Source: Candidatus Heimdallarchaeota archaeon
GTDB taxonomy: Archaea > Asgardarchaeota > Heimdallarchaeia > JABLTI01
Length of the DNA stretch: 54,815 bases
Direction of reading: 5' to 3'
Assembly (NCBI GenBank): GCA_018238155.1
Contig: JABCTZ010000031.1
Coordinates: 1-54,815 of the forward strand
Every line of letters starts with the position of its first letter. Positions within the stretch are counted from its first letter, which is position 1. The notes under the pieces are model-generated. The model did no database searches. It had not been told where the DNA came from and worked only from the letters and a program-made list of their open reading frames with translations. Both the position numbers and the translations under genes were made by a program. Below are positions 48,333 through 54,815 of this stretch, in pieces.

Positions 48333-48466
48333 CAATTGTTGTAAACATCAATGAGGTAACTGTTATCAAATTATGATTACACAAACTTTTTGTTTGACAA
48401 AGCACACCTACTTGTTATAAGCTCTTTACAATCTATCAAAGGAGCATTTTATTTCGTGGTGGTATA

Positions 48467-49357
48467 ATGAGTCTTTTCAAAGGAGATACAAATTACAAGC
48501 AATCACTTTCTACAACATTTGATGTGACATTAGCCACAGTCAAAAGAAATCTAATAACTGATTGGCAATATAAATCTGATATTGTTGTTCAATTATTATG
48601 GACTTTAACAAATTTAGTCGCTTATGGTTTTCTTGGATTGGCTGTAGGTACAGGAGCAGGTAATTATGCTCCTCCATATAGTATGTCTCTCTTCCTGCTT
48701 TCTTCATCAGCGTACTGGACGATGTTCACAGGAAATTATGAGGAAACAGCTTTTTGTTTAAGAGAAGAAGCAGCAAGGGGAACAATGGGCTATCTTATAA
48801 CAAATAATGTTGATGCTTTGGGAATAATGGTGGGTAGGTATATCTCTTCCAGCTTGAAGTTTTTTGTTTTGTTTCTTGTAACAACTATTCCAACATTTGC
48901 ATTAGTAAAAAATGATGGTGTAAATCTTCTCCCTCATACCGCTGGAGAATTTTTCATGCTAATACCGTTTATCCTCCTCGCCTATTTGTTTATGCTAGCA
49001 ACGAGTTTGTATATTGGTTCTATTACACTACTTGTAAAGCAAACAACAACAATTGTTAGAATTGTTCTTTATATTGTTAGAATTCTTGCAGGATATTTCT
49101 TTACTATAGCATTCTTTGGAGGATATAGTGGTTGGCTATCTGCTGTAGTAGTTTGTTTACCTATTGCTGCCGGGCAATTTGCAATGAGAAAATATTTAAT
49201 TGAGCATAATACTTCTGCAGATTTCTTTGGTTTTGCTTATTGGCAAATATTATTGATCAATCTAGCAGTTTGTATCGTCTTACTTGTAGGTGCATATTTC
49301 TTTACAAAAGGAATGACCAAAGTTGCCAGAAAGAGAGGAACAATTGAATTTTATTGA
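48467..49357 (+). CDS. ABC-2 type permease
   Basis: About 6 TM helices; EE..RGT motif; adjacent to an ABC ATPase. Confidence 0.82.
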   Translation: MSLFKGDTNYKQSLSTTFDVTLATVKRNLITDWQYKSDIVVQLLWTLTNLVAYGFLGLAVGTGAGNYAPPYSMSLFLLSSSAYWTMFTGNYEETAFCLREEAARGTMGYLITNNVDALGIMVGRYISSSLKFFVLFLVTTIPTFALVKNDGVNLLPHTAGEFFMLIPFILLAYLFMLATSLYIGSITLLVKQTTTIVRIVLYIVRILAGYFFTIAFFGGYSGWLSAVVVCLPIAAGQFAMRKYLIEHNTSADFFGFAYWQILLINLAVCIVLLVGAYFFTKGMTKVARKRGTIEFY

Positions 49358-50433
49358 GACGGAGGAAATATGAAATGGTTGATCAAATACTACAATCTAA
49401 TGGATTGATCAAGGAATTCCCCACAGGTGGGTTATCTATAGGCAAAAATAAAGGCAGACCATCAAAGAAAAGAATCTTGGATGGGATAACATTCGATCTA
49501 CCTAAAGGTCTTTCCTTAGCATTACTTGGACCAAATGGTTCTGGAAAAACTACTCTACTAAAAACTCTATCAACAATCTATTCACCTGATGGTGGAGGAG
49601 CTACGGTTTGTGGGTATGATATAGTAAGTGAAATAAAGGAAGTAAGAAAAAGAATCAGCTTTGTAACACCATCGATGGATTTTCAGAAGAAATTAACTTT
49701 GAAGCAAACTTTGGACTTTTTTGTCAAAGTTACTGGTGGAGATATGGCGCTTGCCAAGGATTTTATCGAAGAATTACAATTAGACCATTTGTGGAATACT
49801 AAACTAGAAACCTTCAGCGAAGGACAGAAAGCCATTACTCGACTTTGTGTTGGGTTACAAAAAAACCCCGAAATTTTATTTGCAGATGAAGTGACAAACG
49901 GAATTGATTTCCGAAGAAAACAAGTAGTTCTCGATTTTCTTGAGAAACAAGGAAGAGAGCGAACTTTAGTTCTTGTTGACCATGATCCAGAAGTTGTTGA
50001 TGTTCTATGTGATAAAATTCTGCTCATTGCATTAGGTGGTACCGTTCGAGGAATGGTTGATGTTGCAGAACTTCATTCAAAATTCAATTACATGTACGAC
50101 ATTATGGTTATTCCTAAAGGGACTGTAACTAAAAAAGAAGTAAAAGATATTTGGTCCAGATATGAAATGATTGGTGGGATGTGCCGATTCTTTGCTAGTA
50201 ACCGGGAGGAAGCCACAGAAATACATGAACGTGTAATCAAATGGGGAAATTTCATCGATATCAAAACTTCTGGAATTTCTATTGAGGATATAACGTTGAT
50301 GTGGTTGAAAAAGCATGAAGACGAATTGGAGGAGAGACTTCAAGAGGATAGAAAGAAAGCAAAAGAAGCAGAGCTTGCTAGAGCCGCAAAGAAGAAAAAA
50401 GCAACAAATAAACGAAGGAAAAAAGCCGGATAG
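49354..50433 (+). CDS. ABC exporter ATP-binding protein
   Basis: GPNGSGKT, FSEGQ, LFADE and VDH motifs. Confidence 0.9.
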   Translation: MRRRKYEMVDQILQSNGLIKEFPTGGLSIGKNKGRPSKKRILDGITFDLPKGLSLALLGPNGSGKTTLLKTLSTIYSPDGGGATVCGYDIVSEIKEVRKRISFVTPSMDFQKKLTLKQTLDFFVKVTGGDMALAKDFIEELQLDHLWNTKLETFSEGQKAITRLCVGLQKNPEILFADEVTNGIDFRRKQVVLDFLEKQGRERTLVLVDHDPEVVDVLCDKILLIALGGTVRGMVDVAELHSKFNYMYDIMVIPKGTVTKKEVKDIWSRYEMIGGMCRFFASNREEATEIHERVIKWGNFIDIKTSGISIEDITLMWLKKHEDELEERLQEDRKKAKEAELARAAKKKKATNKRRKKAG

Positions 50434-50529
50434 TGGTTTTTTTTAGTGTTTTTTAGCTAATAAAATTCTTTTACTAAATGAAAAACTTCAAAAGAAACTA
50501 TAGTTACAACAGAAAGCGATGTGTAGTGT

Positions 50530-51441
50530 ATGGGCAAGAAGCAAGCAAAAAATAATGATGACCACAAATCAGAATTTGAACAGAGTGCACATGAACAATA
50601 TATAGAAGTATTTGACGGAAGTCAATTACGAGTTCTTTCTTTTGAGCACCCACCAAATCCAACGGAAGATATCGAAATAATGTTTGTACCAGGATTATTA
50701 ACTATCTTCCCAAGATGGGAACCAGTGCTCAAAGAGCTCAATGAGCATTATAAAGTTCATTATATTGAAAGCAGGGAAAAAAGCTCTAGTAAGCTGGTTC
50801 GAAGAGCAGCAATGAAACTTTCTGAAATAAAGGGAGACCTGGATTACATTGAAAAAGCTCTTGGGTTAGATCAAAGAAAGTATATTACTATATCAAGTTC
50901 AATGGGTGGTTCTCAAGTTCTTGAAAACTTAGCATCAAAAGGTCTTTCACCTATAGGTTCAATTCTCCTAAGCCCAGGAGTTGAAATAATCTTTCCTAAA
51001 TTGTCACCAGCTCTCCTACGCATATTACCTCCTTTCGCAATCAATCTTTTAAAACCGTTTATTCGATGGCACTTGAGAAACAAAACTGTTGATTCCAAGA
51101 AAGAACCAAAGCAAGCTAGAGATTACATTCGCGCTGTAAATGAAGCCGATGTTCCTAAGATGCGAAAAATAATTTTGAAAAACGCTAATCGATACAATGG
51201 TTGGCATCTTTTACCTCAAATAAAAGACAGGATCATCCTCATTGGTGCTTCAACTGATAAAACTCACAAAAGTGATTTCTCGCTAAAAGTTTCAACAGCA
51301 TTGGTAAATTGCACGTTTGTTGATTTGGGAACAAATAAAGCAGCACATGAAACACCAATAGTTGATCTAGCAAAGGAATTTATGAAAGAACTAAGCAATT
51401 CAGGTCCTAAGGTAAAAGAAAGAATTATACCTCACTCTTAG
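50530..51441 (+). CDS. Alpha/beta hydrolase fold protein
   Basis: FVPG oxyanion region, SSSMGG nucleophile elbow, DKTH and AAH. Confidence 0.8.
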   Translation: MGKKQAKNNDDHKSEFEQSAHEQYIEVFDGSQLRVLSFEHPPNPTEDIEIMFVPGLLTIFPRWEPVLKELNEHYKVHYIESREKSSSKLVRRAAMKLSEIKGDLDYIEKALGLDQRKYITISSSMGGSQVLENLASKGLSPIGSILLSPGVEIIFPKLSPALLRILPPFAINLLKPFIRWHLRNKTVDSKKEPKQARDYIRAVNEADVPKMRKIILKNANRYNGWHLLPQIKDRIILIGASTDKTHKSDFSLKVSTALVNCTFVDLGTNKAAHETPIVDLAKEFMKELSNSGPKVKERIIPHS

Positions 51442-51453
51442 TTTAGTCTTTTT

Positions 51454-51645
51454 TTAATCCCAGTGACTAACAGGGGGTCGATATTTTCCCACCACCAAAA
51501 TAGTGTCTCCACAAATGGGGCAGTCGAAAAAACTTTGATTGAATTTGTGTTCTCTAAGTTTAACTGCAACCAAATTCCAACACTGAGGACAAAACCTAGG
51601 TGTTTTCATTATTTCTTCTGCTTCTATTTTCCAGTTTACAATCAA
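51454..51645 (-). CDS. Small zinc-ribbon protein (CPQC...CPICG)
   Basis: Two CxxC motifs; GGTGA SD-like motif within the polB 3' end; abuts the polB stop. Confidence 0.7.
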   Translation of the reverse strand: MIVNWKIEAEEIMKTPRFCPQCWNLVAVKLREHKFNQSFFDCPICGDTILVVGKYRPPVSHWD

Positions 51646-54486
51646 CTATTCATCACCTTTCTCTAAATAAACACTTAACCTTGACTGACCAGCAACGAGT
51701 AGTTGTTTTCTCTTCTTTTTGCCTTTAATAGAATGTTTCCAAGAGAGATCCGTTCCTGAATATGACAAAATACTTTCACCGAGAGCTTGATTGAATGCTT
51801 CATCAGAATTAGTAGAAACTAAATTTGGCAAATGCTCATTTTGAGTGTTTAAAACATCATCAAGAGAAGTTTCCAAACCAAAGGTTCGGATGCTAAGGAG
51901 TATCTGCCGGACATAAAAAGCACGGTCAATATCTTTGGCATATTTTGGATGATATGCTCGTTTGGAAACTGGACCATCACCTGGGATGACAACCCAAGGG
52001 AATTTATCATACATAAGCCATTCTTGATTCCAATCTAATCCTTCTCGTTCACAGAATTTTATATAAGCACAAACTCCGGGTGGCATACTCTTGTACAATG
52101 TAGGATGCCTTTTAATTGGAGAATAAGTGATAACGTGAGGGAGCAATTGATTTGTGGGTGTGTTTAGAATTCGCTTGCCAAATTCCAACAAGAATTTTTC
52201 AGCTCGGTTGAATTCATTCTTTTCATGAACTCTACGATTCTTCTTCCTCGAAGTTGGTCGATTCAGCGTTTCTTTGCTCTCTGTAGCTGTAAGAAAAATA
52301 TCGAGAACTTTTCTCTGAGCTGCTTGTGAGATGGGAGACCAATCAGAACGAACTGCTTCAAACCCTTTGATATTTGTCTTTCCTGTTAGCAAACTAAGAT
52401 ACGCATATGCTTTCTTGCGCTCTGGTTTGAACACACATCGATATGCTATATCTTTCAAAGTAAGTTCAATCGGTTTGGGAAATTGCTCATTTAATCTGTT
52501 TAACATGCTAGCAATGATTTCTTTTAAAAGAAGGATGAACGTTTCTTTTTTAATAGGATCAGTTTCGTTATAGATATCAATAATCAGTTTATTATCTAAT
52601 AATTTGATAAAAGCAGAATCCGTATCACCATAAACAAGTTCACAAGGAATAATTTCCTCTGAAATTTCTTTCAATTGTTCTTTGATGCCTAGTAGATACG
52701 CTCTCGCTGCATCCGCAATTGCCCCTGCTAAAGCTTGTGAATAAAACCTGCTCCGGATATAGAAGTGAGCACCATACATTGCATTAGCAATTATTTTCAT
52801 AGAATTTTGTTCTCGTTCAAGAATTCGAATTGATTGTTTAAGATCCTTCTTCTCTCCAGAACTATCAGTTGCTTCTAATTGCTCGCTTAATTCTTTGATT
52901 TGCTGTTTTTTAGCAATACGTTTCTCTACCAATTCATTCTCCATAATGGATAACGCTGAGCGAGTGTCATTATTGAACAGTTTCAAGGAATTACCGTGAT
53001 CGTTTGCGTCAACCCAATTTTTGAGAGTTTCACCACCGATATTTTGAGCAACCATTACAGAAGGATACATAGATCGAAAATCAACTATGACAACTCCTGT
53101 ATGAAGGAGCCCCTCTGGATAAAGAACAGTTCCCCCTTGATGAGGGTGTTTCTCTCTCTCGAGACGATTTTTCTCCACTTGCTGTTTACTTGGTTTAAGG
53201 GGAATGAGAATGCCCTTTCTGCGCATGTATCTCATTAATTCAAATTCGCCATTTATTCGTTCAGTACAACAATTCCCTTCGTAAGGTGGAAAGCCAGTAA
53301 CTCTTAGAGTTTCAACCCAACCTGTCATCCCGAGGTTCCAATAAAGGTCATAAATGATTTTACAATCTTGAAAGCATTGCTTTGCAAATAATCGCAAGTC
53401 ATCTTCACAATCCTCGAGAACTCCACTATACCACAATAACTTCAAAGGTTCGATATGCTCGTACCCTGTTATACCAAGAACTGTTTCCGCAATGTCATAG
53501 AGAGTTTTCTTTCCAGATTTTGGATGAATGCCCCATGTTCTTAAAGCAAGATCAAAAACCATCCTTCCTTTGATGCGATAAGAAATCAATCTATTAGAGT
53601 AATAGGATGACTCATCTCCAAAGAGTGAAAGCAATTGGGTAGGCACTTTGAGAACTTGCATTCGGTGAAAAAGATAGGGTAAATCGAAACTATCACCTTG
53701 ATAATTACAAAGAATATCAGGCTGAACCTTTTGTAAACACCTCATAAAATCCATAATGAGCTCTTTTTCACTATCATTGGAATCTTCTTGTAAGAGAAAC
53801 AGATTGCCATTCTCAGGCTTTCCATCTATTCCCCAAATGATTGTTATTGCCATTATTCGGTTACTCTTTTGCTTGAGAAGTTCTTGATGATTTTCACCAT
53901 CATGAGCAATTTTGATGTTAACAGCCATAATCTTCAGTGAATAGAAATCAGCTGGGGACTTAATTATTGAATCTGAAACAGGCGCAATATCACGATAGCT
54001 CGCTTCAGCAAATATTTTCCCTTCTTCTTTCTCTTCTACTAATGTACATTTGGCACTAACAACATTTAGACATTTCACAGCAGTATCTAACAAATATCTT
54101 TTCAAGAAAGGGATGTCAGTTTCAAATGTTTCAAAACCCAATTTCTCGATTGTGTTTTTCATATCTCTGAGCCTATTTGGATTGTTTCCGTAAATCTTTA
54201 CTAATTTTACTTGTACAGAGCCCCAGAAATATGGTCTCAGAGTGATATTCTCAGTTTTTACAACCCAGTCACCCAAGATAGGGTCATTTTGAAGGATAAA
54301 AGATAATTCGGAAGTTTTTCGAACATAAAAGTAAGGGAGGAAATCTTCAATCTGTATTCGTATTTGCTTTCCTTTGTTTGTCTTTCCAAACAACCTGATA
54401 ACCAATGTCTTGTTTCCATCCATTATTTTGTAATCAAGGTCAGTTAGCATGAAGTTTAGTTCTTGCTTTCGTGTCAAGGTCTCCAA
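51646..54486 (-). CDS. polB: Family B DNA polymerase with intact polymerase motifs, degenerate exonuclease and C-terminal PIP box
   Basis: DFRSMYPS, KIIANAMYG, YGDTDS; ExoI reads VNIK; QSRLSVYL. Confidence 0.9.
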   Translation of the reverse strand: METLTRKQELNFMLTDLDYKIMDGNKTLVIRLFGKTNKGKQIRIQIEDFLPYFYVRKTSELSFILQNDPILGDWVVKTENITLRPYFWGSVQVKLVKIYGNNPNRLRDMKNTIEKLGFETFETDIPFLKRYLLDTAVKCLNVVSAKCTLVEEKEEGKIFAEASYRDIAPVSDSIIKSPADFYSLKIMAVNIKIAHDGENHQELLKQKSNRIMAITIIWGIDGKPENGNLFLLQEDSNDSEKELIMDFMRCLQKVQPDILCNYQGDSFDLPYLFHRMQVLKVPTQLLSLFGDESSYYSNRLISYRIKGRMVFDLALRTWGIHPKSGKKTLYDIAETVLGITGYEHIEPLKLLWYSGVLEDCEDDLRLFAKQCFQDCKIIYDLYWNLGMTGWVETLRVTGFPPYEGNCCTERINGEFELMRYMRRKGILIPLKPSKQQVEKNRLEREKHPHQGGTVLYPEGLLHTGVVIVDFRSMYPSVMVAQNIGGETLKNWVDANDHGNSLKLFNNDTRSALSIMENELVEKRIAKKQQIKELSEQLEATDSSGEKKDLKQSIRILEREQNSMKIIANAMYGAHFYIRSRFYSQALAGAIADAARAYLLGIKEQLKEISEEIIPCELVYGDTDSAFIKLLDNKLIIDIYNETDPIKKETFILLLKEIIASMLNRLNEQFPKPIELTLKDIAYRCVFKPERKKAYAYLSLLTGKTNIKGFEAVRSDWSPISQAAQRKVLDIFLTATESKETLNRPTSRKKNRRVHEKNEFNRAEKFLLEFGKRILNTPTNQLLPHVITYSPIKRHPTLYKSMPPGVCAYIKFCEREGLDWNQEWLMYDKFPWVVIPGDGPVSKRAYHPKYAKDIDRAFYVRQILLSIRTFGLETSLDDVLNTQNEHLPNLVSTNSDEAFNQALGESILSYSGTDLSWKHSIKGKKKRKQLLVAGQSRLSVYLEKGDE

Positions 54487-54815
54487 AGTCTCCAGTTCAA
54501 TTACGACAGCTTCCCCATTTGCAAAGGGCTCTCCTTTATCTTCACATTTATTTCACATTCACTAGAACCAACAATTAATTAATAGAAGAACGAAAGGGAG
54601 GGGTAACTGTAAGTATTTTTATCGGCAAAATAGGACTGAAAGAGATTTTTCTCTACTTTTTTTTGACAAAGAAATAAAGTAATCAAAGCAATTTTGTTTG
54701 TTTGGTTTTTTCAACTAATTCTGCAATGCATTGTTGTCCTTGATTTCTAGGTGAGTTAACAAATGTTGATATGGGATAATCTGTCATAGCAGAAGTAGTG
54801 TAAGGTTTTAGTAAT

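Overview
AT-rich chromosomal window from an Asgard archaeon (inferred, probably Heimdallarchaeia-like). It carries a conserved Asgard actin, a Rab-like GTPase, a gelsolin-domain protein and a RING protein. Housekeeping content includes a cdc6/orc1-GINS-mcm-hel308 replication cluster with ORB-like boxes, rpS8e, purB, a Grx-TrxB fusion, ABC systems and a family B polymerase with an apparently dead exonuclease. The strongest candidate for an undescribed system is a tandemly duplicated unit of about 2.4 kb at roughly 35.6-40.4 kb. Each unit holds (i) a ~579-aa regulator with a degenerate zincin-like N-domain, an HTH and Lrp/AsnC-like domains, (ii) a convergent 50-aa secreted pre-peptide with a near-invariant leader and a variable acidic tip ending in GG (one copy is missing from the ORF track), and (iii) a conserved, apparently structured non-coding region. 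This looks like a cognate peptide/receptor signalling cassette. Other notable items: a putative self-processing toxin plus immunity pair, a transmembrane RING receptor-like protein, a WASP-like acidic DDEW tail near actin, several hairpin-rich intergenic elements, an unannotated CTG-start zinc-finger microprotein and a kinase pseudogene. No rRNA, tRNA, CRISPR array or transposase was recognised. All calls come from reading motifs by eye; no searches were run.
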